Shown: piece by piece, positions 48,501 through 61,673 of the stretch
Layout of the letters: every line of letters starts with the position of its first letter
Numbering within the stretch: position 1 is the first letter of the stretch
Assembly: GCF_963921235.1 (NCBI RefSeq)
Contig: NC_086097.1
Span: forward strand, 55,802,001 to 55,866,000
DNA from: Mobula hypostoma
Taxonomy: Eukaryota
Direction: 5' to 3'
Length of the DNA stretch: 64,000 nt
The notes under the pieces: model-generated
Told to the model about the DNA's origin: nothing
What the model saw: only the letters and a program-made list of their open reading frames with translations
Database searches by the model: none
Program-made: the position numbers and the translations under genes

Positions 48501-49599
48501 AGCTGGGAGCTTCTCATGTAAACATGGGCTACAGATCACTCATAATTAAAAAATATTGTTTGAAAAACTAATTAATTTTTTTGTGTTTGACCTTTTCTCT
48601 GAACCATTACAAATGTACTGTATTACTAACTATAATTAAACAATAAATACATAATCATTGGAGGACTATCAAGGCTTTTCAATTCAGTTTTACATCAGAT
48701 AAATGCCATTTTGTCAAAAAGTTTGTTAGAAATTTTTTGATGACATCAAAATGCTGCAAATGAATAGATTGTACTTAAATTATGCAAATATTCTTCTACT
48801 AAAACCAAAAAGCTAGTTAGATTTAGACTGAGTATTTGTAGTGACATTAAACATCTACAGGAGCTAAACTCGATAATTCCCTAAGAGGAGAGAGGAGATT
48901 GCAATGTGCAATTAACCCAAGCATATTCGGTGTAATGCAGGCACCATGCCAACTTTGTGCGGACTGCTAATTTTAATAATTGCAGGAACCAGACAGTGCT
49001 GACTGCACTGGACGATTCAGCGGGGTGCCAATATCCTGAGTGGCTAGAACTAGTTAAAGCCAGCCTGCACCTCTTTAAGGGCAGATGTACTGTGCCTTGA
49101 GCAGGTGCCTGCAGGCGTTTCACGTGGAAAGCTGATCTGGGATGCAGTGAAGAATAGCATTGTTTGGTTAAAGTGGGCTCTGGGGTCTATGTCTGGTGCA
49201 CAATGAGTGGACGGGATTTGCAGGAACCAGAAGATCCTGAAGACTCTGAGGGTGCTGGGAAGCCATAACAGTTGAGGAGGATCTGGCCACATGGGTGCAA
49301 GAAGTTAAATTACCACAAAGGCAGGAAGTTGAGGTCAGTGAATCCTTCTGTAGTTGCCACATCCCATCAAATGGAGCACAATCTCAGGGTCTGCTGACTT
49401 CAGCACGCTCCATTCATTCACTTCCCTCACTGATTCTCAAATTTCATTCCTGAAGCTCAAATTTATCCTACACTGCCACACTTAACACTGCCGCTGCAAG
49501 GTTCACACCACAGCCTGAGAGCAAAAAACAAACAAACCAGTGTTCTGCCCCACTACTCTATGCCAGCCAAGATCCCCTCACCTGAGCCTGACCTGTCTC

Positions 49600-49970
49600 C
49601 CTCCCTTCTCACTAGTGCCTTGGGCCTCCCACCACCAGGTTCAGAAAGCGTTGTTGCCTGACAACCACTGGGCTCCTGGACCGGCGCGGGTGGTTCATTT
49701 GCCTCCGCACTGAACTGACTCTGCAGCCTGCGGGCTCATTGTCAGGGACTGCGACTCTGCAGCTCATGGTCTTGGTGTTTGATTTGTTATCACTTGCACG
49801 GTTTGTCCTCTTTTGCACATTCGATGTTTTCGGTCTTGCTTATGTATAGCTTTTCATGGATTCTATTGTATTTCTTTATTTTTCTGTGACTGCCTGCAAG
49901 AAAATGAATCCCAAGGATGTACATGGTACACATACTTTGATAATAAATTTACTTCACGCTTTCGACTTTT
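49600..49970 (+). mobile_element. Rex1-type 3' end and UTR
   Basis: accaccaggttcagaaagcgttgttgccc-like (TTRFRxxxxP) and a catactttgataataaatttactt tail. Confidence 0.75.
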
Positions 49971-50117
49971 GAGTGTCATCGCACCGCGAGATATTCACCT
50001 TTAACAAACACAAATCCAATATATGGCACGACTTTCACTGACTCCCTTCGCTGTCTCTTACAAGACACAGAATGTTTTCTGTTCGGTTATGGGATGTGTC
50101 CAGCATTTATTGTTAAT

Positions 50118-50345
50118 GCACAGACACAAAAGACTGTAGATGCTAGATTCTGGTTCAAAAAAAACGGAATGCTGAGGAACTCAGAAGGTCAGGCCGCATC
50201 TGTGGAGGGAAGCAGACAGTTGACATTTTTGGCCAAAACCCTTCATTTGGACTTCATCTTAATCCATCCAGATGAAGGATCTACATCTGAAATGTTAGCT
50301 GTCCAATTCCCTCCACAGATACTGCCTGGCCCACCAGCATTTTTT
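50118..50345. mobile_element. Inverted (head-to-head) pair of Penelope-derived pLTR units
   Basis: gcatctgtggaggga...acccttcatttgga followed by tccagatgaagga...tccctccacagatactgcctg. Confidence 0.75.
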
Positions 50346-52036
50346 AAATTTATTATCTGTACTTATTTTCCCCTGAACTGAGTAGATTATGAGGCTATTT
50401 CAGGGACACTAAGAAGTGTACACATTAATCTGAATGCAAATAGACTGGACCAAATAAATCCAATAGATTTCCTTCATTGAGCCAAATAGATGGTGGACAG
50501 CAGGAGGCAACCACAGCCAGGCAGAAAGAATAGGTACATCTGTTTATCTTAATATCACAAAACCATTCCTTTTCAACATGGAACTTGTGGCCAATTCAAT
50601 CAATACACATTGAACAGGATCAAACTGGTCAGTTCGTATGACATTTGACCATGCATGTGAGGTCATTGAAATCCTTATAGCTTTGCACCTGGCCCACAGT
50701 ACCTCAACTACCTGCAGGTTTTGAGTATAAACCTGGAGGAATTTCTAGACCTCTGCAAAAAGCAGGGTCCCCTGAACTAGGACCTTCAGTGCAACATAAG
50801 GAAGCCATAGAGTCCACATAGGGTCATCTCCCTGGCTGGCTGAGGTGCCAGAATATCTGGCACGTTGTACTTCAGCTCAGTGCAACAATCCTTTAAGTGG
50901 GGCTGATTAGCTTTAATTCGGATTTTCCACTCATTATATAATGGGTGCGGAAGCAGTTCACTTGGTTCAAACAGACAAGCGTATCACTTTCAGTTTATTC
51001 ATTGCACCACCTCACCTCCCCAATTAGAACAACATGCCTGACCCTATGCACTTCAGCAAAGATAAGGACCATGATTTCAAGGACAGCAGCTGAATCTAGT
51101 GTTGGGAAAATCCACAGAGAAAAGAGTGTATTTTAGTAAGATGGGTGTGATATGACATTAGTCTTTTGGTCCCCGTGTTTCCACTGTGATGAAGTTGTTG
51201 CTATAAGTAAGGGGCTCCAGAAAAGCCTAATATTTTAGTTTGAAGGCACAAAATCCACCTTCTTATCACCAATATCCTCCTCGCATCCCTGACACTCCTT
51301 GACAATGAACGCCATTGTTTGCAATGCCAGCATGCTGACGTTATCACAAGCAGGCAGTGTAATTTATTAATGGGAAAATCTTTGTTTGGGCTAATCACAT
51401 GTTATCATCATCTTGTGTGTTTTAGGTGTTATTCAATATTAAATCTCTAAAACAAAAACAAATAATTAATAACTTCTTCAATTCAGTTACATCCTTCCAA
51501 TTTCAAAGGCACGTGTGTATATACCCGTCTGTCCAACACTTATCAGGTTACTGTGTCTCCATGTCGTTCGTATCACAATTAAGTCAAAACTCATTCTCTG
51601 CATTTAAATTCTAACAGGTATGTGGTTGTTCATCTCACTAATTTGTCTATGCCCTTCTGAAGACTAATACAATTCACCTCACTGATGGCTAATTTTTGAT
51701 TTTTTTTATTATCAGACTTTGAAATTATACTCTTTAAGTTAAGTTCAGGTCACTAATATATCAGTAAGAAAAGTCAGCCCAAAACCCACATGGCGGGTAA
51801 AATCTTCCACCTACTGTATTTCCTCCAACCCAGTTTCTCCGTCACTTTCTCTTTATGCGTTACTTTGGCAGATAGTGGAAGTAGAGTTTTCATTCAGTAC
51901 CTCAGTCTGCCTCCATAAGAAGGTTCACCTTTGAACCTAAATTGACACTTCCACTTCTGCAGTTATTTACGTTTACAAACAACTCCTAAGTTGCCTTTAT
52001 ATATGACAGCCTGTTAGCGTAGTGGTTAGGGTAATG

Positions 52037-52966
52037 CAGCGGTCCCCAGCCACCGGGCCACAAAGCAAATGCTACCGGGCTGCGAGGAAACAACATGATT
52101 TGGCAATATGAGTCAGCTGCACCTTCCCTCATTCCCTGTCACGCCCACTGTTGAACTTGAACGCACGCAAGGTCAATACGCACACGTCATCCATGTTAGC
52201 ATGGGAAGAAAATCAACTCCTCGAGCTTGCAAATGACGGCGGGCTGAAAAGTATGTTTGACATAACATCTCTGCCGGCATTCTGGATCAAAGTCAAGGCT
52301 GTTTATCCTGAGGTAGCCACGAAAGCACTGAGAATGTTGCTTCCATTTCCAACATCATATCTCTGCGAAGCGGGGTTTTCTGCAATGAATGCAACGAAAA
52401 CTATATTGCGGAATAGAGTGGACATAAGGAACCCCCTTCGAGTATGGCTGTCTCCCATCACCCCTCGATGGCATCGTCTCGTTGCAGGGAAACAAGCCCA
52501 GAGCTCCCACTGATTCAGCGATATTGGTGTGTTGCTATGATTTTATATGTTCATATGGGGAAAATATGTACTGTTTGTTTAATATCCAAACATTACTTAA
52601 AATGTTATGATGACTTATAAGTGACTTATAATTGACTTATCACTATATAATACTAACATAAAGTAAAAGCAGGAATGATACGATAAATACACAGCCTATA
52701 TAAAGTAAAAATAATGTATGTACAGTGTAGTTTCACTGAACAGAATCGCCAAAAACAATTTGTAGAAAAAAAACGGCACGTAAACGCAGGCGCACATAGG
52801 TGCCCGCGCAAGGCTTCATGGTTATGGTAGTCTTTCTCAGGGTAAACACAACATATTTGACTGCTACTCTTGTCCCTTGGCAACCCTACCCCTCCAGTCA
52901 ACTGGTCCGCAAGAATTTTGTCAATAATAAACCGGTCCGCGGTGCAAAACAGGTTGGGGACCCCTG
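52037..52966 (+). mobile_element. hAT Buster/Charlie-family internally deleted transposon
   Basis: TIRs cagcggtccccagcc / ggttggggacccctg (13/15). 8-bp TSD GGGTAATG with central TA. ORF 52151-52513 encodes the hAT dimerisation domain (FWIKVKAVYPEVATKALRMLLPFPTSYLCEAGFS...KQAQSSH). Confidence 0.95.
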
Positions 52967-52982
52967 GGGTAATGCTATTACA

Positions 52983-53471
52983 TTATTGCTGCCAATGTAT
53001 CACCCGCACCAGCCCACCTGTCATCAAGGACATATATACCGAAAGGTTCAGGGAGAGGTCCAGCAATATCATGAAGGATCCCACAAACCCTGCTTGTGGA
53101 CTGTTTGTCCCACTCCCATCAGGAAGGAGGCTATGTTACATCCATGCCAGGTCCACCAGACTCAAAAAAAGTTGCTTTCCCTTTGCAGTAAATTGGATCA
53201 ATACCTCCACCCACTAACTCCACCACTAGTTTTTTTTATTTCCTGCCAGTCACCCTATGTACAGCCTGGTGTCACTTTATGGACATACAATCAATCTATG
53301 TATACAAGGTATCTTATGTATTTATATTTATTGAATGTTTTTTGTTGTTATTATTATTAACATTGTGTTCTTTATCTTTTGTGGGTTTTTTGTGCTGCAT
53401 TGGATCCAAGGTAACAATTAGTTTGTTCTCCTTACACTCATGTATAAGAAATGACGTTAAACAATCTTGAA
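52983..53471 (+). mobile_element. Rex1/Babar 3' end
   Basis: IKDIYTERFRERSSNIMKDPTNPACGLFVPLPSGRRL...TRLKKSCFPFAV, flanked by attaca / attata. Confidence 0.9.
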
Positions 53472-53934
53472 ATTATAGCACCAATGACCTGGGTTCAATT
53501 CCCGCCACTCTCTATGAGGAGTTTGTACATTCTCCCCTTGACTGCATGGGTTTCCTCTGGGTGCTCTGGTTTTCTCCCACGTTCCAAAGACGTTCAGGTT
53601 AGTAGGCTAATTGGACACATGGCAGTGATTGGGTGGCACAGGCTCCTGGGCCAGAAGGGCCTGTTGCCATGCAGTATCTCTAAACAAATAAATGAATAAA
53701 ATGCACAAGAAATTATCTGCCCTCATTCACTCACTTTATCTGTCTGCTCTAGACATTTAATATTCACCTCTTCCATCATCAGCAGCAGCCTTTCAGTCCC
53801 CTACCCACTGCACCCCTAACAATCATTTCTGAATGGAACTAAATATAACTAGCATGGCATTTTCACCCCCTGCCACTCCACTCCCATAGTTTCTGCTTAT
53901 GAAACGGGGAGAAATTTAGGGCATTACTTTTGCC

Positions 53935-54270
53935 ATTCATGACGGCCCCCTGTGTGCTCCCGAATCATGGAGCCAAGGTTCTCAATACCAAACCAAGTAC
54001 TCCTTCTCCACGTTGAACAGTTATGGGCCAGAGGTTCCAAGGAATCAGTGGCAATGGTACAATTTTTTTCAAGAAAGTTTAAGCACATTGTTGAATCTTT
54101 TCATCTGTCCACCTGGTAACCTCTTCTCATGACAGAGCTTGTGTCTGTTGTAGGAGTCAGGTGTCAGGCATGTAAAAGATGTGGCCAACTTGGTGTAGCC
54201 AAGTAAAATGAGCGGGAGTCAGAGCTGCCGATATTTGTCTGGGAAAGGACATGGGCATCGGTTTGCTTAT
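53935..54270 (-). mobile_element. RTE (BovB-like) C-terminal fragment
   Basis: Antisense reads GHIFYMPDTxLL...HEKRLPGGQMKRFNNVLK...DSLEPLAHN. Confidence 0.75.
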
Positions 54271-54295
54271 ACCATTGTTTTTTTACAGCGAGAAA

Positions 54296-54522
54296 ACAAG
54301 TCCTGTCAGCCAAATGAGCAACCCTACACAATTACACCCATATGACCAATTAATTTACTAGCTCGTACCCCTTTGGAATGGGGGAGGAAATGGAAGAACC
54401 CAGAGAAAACCACCCCAGTCACGGAAAGAATGTATAATTTCCTTGCGGACAGTGGTAGAACTGAATCCTGGTCACTGGCAGGGTAATAACATTACGCTAA
54501 CCACTACACTACCATACCACCC
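54296..54522 (-). mobile_element. V-SINE
   Basis: ttacgctaaccactacactacc (antisense head) and ctttggaatggggaggaaa...acccagagaaaaccaccccagtcacgg (antisense V-domain). Confidence 0.8.
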
Positions 54523-56254
54523 CCTATTACTCACAGCACTTTCAAACAAGTTTCCAAAGATAAATCAGCTCTATGTTTTAGCTTCATTAATGTCAGTGTA
54601 GCAGAATAATGTGGGGGATAAGTATTTTCCATTAATTATTACTTCTAAGAAAATGTCTTTGATACCAAGAGAATTCAACTGACATTTAAATCCATATGAA
54701 AGCCAGAATGCCAACAATCAAAGAGACATGCCAGAAATTGTAAAGGACTTATCTATTAAAGAAAAAAATACTGAAGAAAAAATACACCATGGTATTTTGC
54801 CTTTTACTTGGAATAATGTAAAACTAAAATGACTAATAAGGCTTTAAAGAGCTTTAAAATATTGATATTTTAAGTTTATCATTTATGTGCACATCATTTA
54901 CTTCTAATGTTGTAAACCCTCAAAGAACTATCAATGCTGTTTGAGAAGATATGTGTTACTAAAAATGTAGAAGCTGTCTCCTTACTACAAACAGCCATTT
55001 CATTTTAAAAAGAACTGATTAGAGTTGACAAGAACGTGGAAGCTGATTAGTCTGAACTATTAATTTTCATATTTAAGATCTAGATGCCCACTTTTCCTTC
55101 CAGGTCATTTTTATAAAATGTCTGTCATTACTCAGATATTGCTCACAATACCATTTTTAATGTAAAGTCTCAATAGTCCATTCAGTTTTATCGAGTAAGA
55201 ATATTTGTCGAGGTGAAAGTCTCATCTTCAGATAGGAAAAGAAGAATGATCTATATTTAAATTCCACCATTTGAATTAAATGAATTAAAATTAACAAAAC
55301 TAAGGTTCAACTTGACTGGCACAACTTTCAGTTTAATGACAGATTTAATTATAAGAATGCTTACTGTTCTCAGTGGAAATCTTTGAGCTTGATTTCATGA
55401 TAGAAATATCTTTTGTTGCCATGTGTCAATAGTAAAAATACATTTCAACATCTTAGCCAGCAGGAAGGAGTCCAACCTATGTACAAGAGCTGTAATGTCT
55501 GTGGCTATTCCACAGACTCTATAGAATTAGTACTACAAGAAAATGAATACATTGAAATTTCTAAACAAAATGTAAAACTTACTCATACTATATCAATATT
55601 TTAAAACTTAACTTAGAAAAAATTTTGAAATTAACAGCTTTCTGGATAACTCATAATCGTTTAATTCAACGAAAGTCTTAATTCCCCATCCCCCGACTTT
55701 GTTTTGCTATCCCAGGAGTCTTTTAGGGAATACTACGGTATGTTCCTTGGAATGTTTGATTTCTTAATCACTGTCAGAGTCCTCTCTAACATGACAGGTT
55801 TACTGATCATTTTGACATTCACGAATATCTAAATGGCATATTACTTATGAATTTGAAAGGCTTAATTTTATCAAATGATGATTCAGTAGTAAATAAATTA
55901 CATTTAGTTGCAGTTTTTTTGTATGTCTTTAACTTTAATCTTTCTGCATTTAAATTCAAAAACACCACATGCAGTGTCCAAGAAAGATATGGACAATTGT
56001 ATTGTTTAATTCCATGAATGACACACTGTGGGAAGAAACGTGCCTGGAAGTCACTGGGTCTCCTGAATTAATACAGACATGGCCTATTGTTTGGTTTTCT
56101 CATTTGTAAGATAAAATTCATTGATGGTTGGGTTGCTGCTGTGAAGTTGCTACACAGCTCAGAGAGCAAAGGAACCAAGATCAGCATTTAATTCTGTATC
56201 CAAATGTTGTAGCCCATGACTCAATATTCCTCCGGCCCCGAAATATATATTAAA

Positions 56255-56345
56255 AAAAACAGAAAATGCTGGAAACACACAGCAGGTCAGGCAGCATCTG
56301 TGGGAAGAGAAACAGTTAACATTTCAGGTCCGAGAACCTTATCTT
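56255..56345 (-). mobile_element. Penelope-derived pLTR fragment
   Basis: acagaaaatgctggaaacacacagcaggtcaggcagcatctgtgg...gttaacatttcagg. Confidence 0.7.
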
Positions 56346-58321
56346 GAAACAATAAACCTTTGTTTGAGACTTTCCCATGTAGAAAAATCCTGTCATGCCT
56401 TCTTCGGATCTTACAGTTTTCACCTCTCATTTTTCTAAACTCCACAGAAGACAGATCCAACTTATTTAACCACATGGAGTACTCCCTTCCATGTATCATG
56501 CTGATGCATCAGGCATAACTGACTCCCTAAGACTGTACAAATCATTATAAATTCCTTAGTGCATTGATTTACCACTATGTTTCTCTATGTGTGGTCACAC
56601 ACAATTTTCTCATCTGCTTTGGTGACGTTTGATAATTGATGGTTAAGCTTGTATTTCACACATATAACCAACCGGCCCCTAGACCATGGGAAAGCCAGCA
56701 TTGCCGGCAAAGCTGAATGTCCACACTGTCTTCTCACTCCTTCAGGAAAGAGAGGGAACTTACTCTTTACCAATGTAGGCAACATCTGTCAGCTTCCTTG
56801 ACTATGAGAATTGGTTGTTCAACAGAAAACATCAGTAGCCCAGTGACATCAGCTTACACAGATGGTTTAGCCAATCCAGTTTCATAGGCACTGTCCTATC
56901 ATTCTAAGGCAATGGTTGTAGATCGCCCTTTAAGGCTTCTCTCTCCATTCTCCTTGCCCAGTAAGATGCAATGCTTTATGGTCAATTTCAGTCTCATGTT
57001 TTTCAGTATAATAAAATTCTGCTATACTTACAGAAAAAAATCTGTCAAGTAAAGCACAAAACTTAAATTTTAACGATATATTCATAAGTTTTGGTTCCAC
57101 AGATCCAATTTCTAAGCTTTTGATGTCACAAGGCATGTCGGTGTTCTTATGTGCAACCAATATGGATCCAGTCCTTGTAAGATCTGGGCTACGTGTGACA
57201 ACTTTCCCTCATTCACCTGGCACAATATCTGCACAAAGACAAAAGCTGACACCTTTCCCAAAAGTACAGATTAAGGAGCCTAATTAATGACGTATTCTAA
57301 ATCTACCAATCCATGGGGAGAACTGGCTACATGACAATGAAAATACTTACAGGCTTTAACAAAATTATAAGTTAACTATTAAACTAGAGGTGAGAGGGCA
57401 TTAACATAAAGAATCTAAACTGATGCTTAAGTTACTTCCAAAGGAATTTGTCTTCCTGAATACAATACATTTTATTTCAATGATCCAGTAATTTGGTTAA
57501 TCTGTTTTAGAGTGTAAGTAAAGTAATAATAATACTATAAATTTCATTTTTGATATTATATTTTTACTACATGTGCCATGTAAAACTCCCCTTCTATTGT
57601 CACAATGTGCTTCCAAAGCATAAACACCAAAACAGCACAACATGCGATTCGTATATTTTTTTATGTACAAAATAGGAAAGAAATCAGACCATTGTGTGTG
57701 CAGGATTTCTTTGCTAGAACAAGCCAGGGCCAGCCTTATTGCATGAACTCCCTAATAGTGCCTCAAGTATTAGTCCCACTTACTCTAAAACAATGCACTG
57801 ATGTCTATTCAGCAAGTCAGAATAACAAAACATTCCATGATCCAACAAATTTTGAACAAATAAATTTTCTTCTGACATCTCTTAGCCCTCGTAGTTATAA
57901 TGTTAAATTAACAATCCCTCATAACCTAGAAGAAATAAGAGACTAAATCTGAAAACATGGCCAGTGATGGTGACTGGCAACTAATCATGCAGTCTAACTT
58001 CACACTGCTGCATCCATTCACCGAATTTCCACATGCAGCCAGCACAAGCTGTGATCTTTGTTGCCTGCATGCTTCATCAGGGTTACAATATCATAGTCAG
58101 AAGGTAGTCCCACAAAGTTAGTAAATGGTTTTCTATCAGTGGTGGTGGTTCCACCAATGATTAATGACCACTCAATGAACTCTATGAAGTAAGATGTGCA
58201 CTGAATACTCATTTGCTTTAAACACTTAGAATTGTTACACCTATATTTCACAGATAACAAACTGTAATTGTCTCAACTGCATAATACCAGTTGACCGGTG
58301 AGGGACAGGTATCATTGCATT

Positions 58322-60150
58322 ATAGTCATAGAAAAGTACACAACAGAAATAGGCCTTTTGGCCCATCTAGTCCATGCTGAACCATTTATACTGCCTATTC
58401 CCATCAACCTGCACTGAAACCATAGCCCTCCATACCCCTGCCATCCTTGTACCTATCCAAACTTCTCTTAAATGTTGAAATCAATCTTACATGCACCATT
58501 TGCACTGGCAGCTCATTCCACACTCTCACAACCCTGAGTGAAGAAGATTCCCCTCATGTTCTGCTTAAACGTTTCACCTTTCACCCTTAACCCATGACCT
58601 CTAGTTATAGTCCCACATAACCTCAGTGGAAGAACTTGATGCATTTACCCTATCTATCCCCCTCATAATTGTGTATACCTCTATTAAATCTCTCCTCAAT
58701 CTTCTATGTTTCAAGGAATAAAATCCTTTTCTATTCAATCTTTCCTTATAACTCAGCTCCTCCAGTCCCAGCAACATCCTCGTAAGTTTTCTCTGTACTC
58801 TTTCAATTTTATTCATATCTTTCCTGTAGGTAGGTGACCAAAACAACACACAATAAACCTGTGTTAATGCAAATATCTAACTAGCCAACATCTTATACAA
58901 CTTCAACATAACAACCCATCTCTTGTACTCAATACATTGCTTTATGAAGGCCAGCATGCCAAAAGCTTTATTTACAACCTTATCTACCTGTGATGCCACT
59001 TTCAGTTAATTATAGACCTGTATTCCCAGATCCCCTTGTTTCACAGCTCTCCTCATTGTCCTAGCAGTCACTGTGTAATATCTACTCTGGTTGATCCTAC
59101 TGAAGTGCAACACCTTGCTCTTGTCTGCGGTAAGTTCTGTCTGTCACTTTTCGGCCCATTTTTCCAGCTGGTCCAGATCCTGCTGCAAGCCAAGATAGTA
59201 TTCCTTGATGTACACGACAACCCCCAGTTTTGGTGTCATCTGCTAATTTGCTGATCCAGTTAATCACATTATTATCCAGAGCATTGAATCCCTGTGGTAC
59301 TCCACTAGTTACAGGCCTCCAGTCAGAGAGGCAGCCATCTACTACCACTCTCTGGCTTCTCCTACAAAGCCAATGTCTAATCCAATTTACTATCACATCT
59401 TGAACGCCGAGCAACTGAACATTCTTGACCAACCTCCCATGCAGGACCTTGTCAAATGCCTTGCTAAGGTCTATGTAGACAATATCCACTGCCTTGCACT
59501 TTCCTGGTAACTTCCTTAAAAAACTCTATAAGATTGGTTAGACATGACTGATCAGCACAAAGCCCTGCCTACTATTCCTAATCAGTCCATATCTATCCAA
59601 ATATCTGGTCCCTTAGAATACCTTCCAATAACTTTCCCACTACTGATGTTAGGCTCACCAGCTTATAATTTCCTGGTTTAATTTTAGAGCCTTTCTTAAA
59701 TTAAACAGTGGAATAACATTAGCTGTCCTCCAATCCTCTGCTACCTCACCTGTCACTAAGGATGATTTAAACATCTCTGCTCAGGCTCCTTCAATTTCTC
59801 TGCTTACCTCCCACAGGATCTGAGAGAACACCCTGTCAGGCCCTGGGGATTTATCCACCTTAATTTGCCTCAAGACAGCAAACACCTCCTCCTCTATAAT
59901 CTGTTTGGGGTCCGTGAAGTCAATGCTGCTTTGTCTCACTTCTATAGACTTCTATAGAAAAAAATTCATTTAAGATCTCCCACAGCTCTTTTGGCTCCAT
60001 GCATGAATTACTATTCTGACCTTTCAGAGGGCCAATTTTGTTCCTTGCAATCCTTTTTCTTTTAGCATATCTGTAGAATCCCTTAGGTTTTTCCTTCATC
60101 TTGTCTGCTAGGGCAGCCTCACGCCGTCTTTTAGCTCTCCTGATTTTCAT
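58322..60150 (-). mobile_element. CR1 LINE, 5'-truncated, ~1.8 kb
   Basis: DIVYIDLSKAFDKVLHGRL...WRPVTSGVPQG...KLADDTK and ERVQRKLTRML...RRLRRDLIEVY. Confidence 0.95.
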
Positions 60151-60181
60151 ACCATCATCAAGAACACAGTGCTTGCATGAT

Positions 60182-60500
60182 TGGGCAGCATGGTAGTGTA
60201 GCGGTTATCAAAATATCATTACAGAGCCAGTGACCTGGGTTCATTTCCACCGCTGTCTGTAAGGAATTTGTACATTCTACTGTTACCACATGGACTTTCA
60301 TTGAGTGCTTTAGTATTCCCACATTCCAAAGGTATACGTATTAGGATTAGTAAATTGTGTGCATGCTCATTTGTCTCCAGAAGCATGGTGACACTTGCGA
60401 GCTGCCCTCAGCACATTCTCAGACCATGTTGGTCGTAGGCACATGAAACATTTCACTATACATTTCAATGTTTCAATGTACATGTGTCAAATAAAGCTGT
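60182..60500 (+). mobile_element. V-SINE, near full length
   Basis: ggtagtgtagcggtta, gggttcatttcc, V-domain, and tail gtacatgtgtcaaataaagct. Confidence 0.82.
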
Positions 60501-60530
60501 TTTTTTGTTATTTTTTAAAATCCTAAAATA

Positions 60531-61303
60531 CAGTGGATTCCAGCTAATTGCGCAATCAGTTAATCGAGGCAACTGCTTATTTGGAACAACTCAAAGAACA
60601 AAAACTAACTGAGAAAATAGCTGGGATTCTCCGAGTTTATTTGGGACACTATGCCCCTGAATTCAGGCGGGAGACTGCTGATGAACAGTTTCTAACTAGC
60701 GTCAGTTGCAAGCATGTGTATGGCTGTGCTTCTAGCGAACAGTTTTTAAATCGCATCAGTTGCATGTTTTGTGTTCAAAAAGCAGTGATTATTGTCACTG
60801 AAAGTTAGTGAGAAAGAAGTAAGCAGTAAGACAACTCAGAACTGTCTTACTCGCTGCAGTTTCAAGCATTTAGGCTTGGAGATGCCAGAAACAGTCAGGA
60901 GTGAAAATGAAACAATTTCACTACTCCAAAAAGTTAGGAATTATGAAGAATTTAAAGGTATCAACAATCATCTTGAATGTTACAATAATTTGGAGGATGC
61001 AATCATCGACATGTTATAAAGGCATTGTCTGAAGGCAGTCCATTATCTGCACTGGACGTCTACACTAATTTTGTTCAATTACAGTCAAAAGAACATAAAT
61101 AGTACACGATTTTATAGTACTGTAGTAGGATTGGTATTGTTCTACTTCGTTCTGTACTGCGTTTAAATACATATTTTGTTATTCAGTTTGTCTTTTTTAT
61201 ACCTTTTTAACTATTTCCATGAAACTTCAGCTAACTGGGCCAGCTGCTTAATTCAGCCAAAATGTACTGGCCCCAGTGTATCCCAATTAACCGGAATACA
61301 CTA
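60531..61303 (+). mobile_element. pogo/Tigger-like non-autonomous element, complete
   Basis: TA|cagtggattccagctaattg...caattaaccggaatacacta|TA and EVSSKTTQNCLTRCSF. Confidence 0.88.
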
Positions 61304-61673
61304 TATTTAAATCATTACTAAGATTAAGTAGTCAGACTGAAATCACAGGACAATAATAAAGCATAAGAAATGGCAAGATTAGCACTTACACCCCTTCGGA
61401 CCTGCTCAATTATTTTAATAAAATCATGGCATATGCTGCCTCAAGCCAGATTTCCTGCCCCAGCGCCACATCTCCAAAATAAAGGTATCCTCCTCTCTAT
61501 TGCATCTTATTATAACCACTTCTCTTTCAGCATATTATTTCTGCATACACACAAGAAATAAGTGATGTAAGGAAGCAATCCTTATTTTTCTTTGTGATTT
61601 GTTTTTCTTTTCAGATCCAAAGACTGTGGCCTCTTGAGAAGTCATAGAACAGCGAATTTTGATGATGAATATA

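Larger units (their letters stand above)
52005..53700 (+). mobile_element. V-SINE split into 52005-52036, 52975-52982 and 53472-53700
   Basis: A-box-like tagcgtagtggtta on the left. B-box gggttcaattccc, V-domain and CR1-like tail on the right. Confidence 0.85.

Noticed and set aside
49060..49420. Ancient Harbinger Myb/SANT remnant
   Set aside because: Only a vague resemblance, with no readable frame and no TIR or TSD.
52151..52513. Domesticated Buster-derived gene (ZBED5/SCAND3-like)
   Set aside because: Only the C-terminal ~100 aa, no ATG at the ORF start, and enclosed by TIRs and an 8-bp TSD, so it is a deletion derivative.
60182..60260. tRNA gene
   Set aside because: A/B-box-like motifs run straight into a SINE V-domain and no cloverleaf can be formed. 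The same applies to the other SINE heads.
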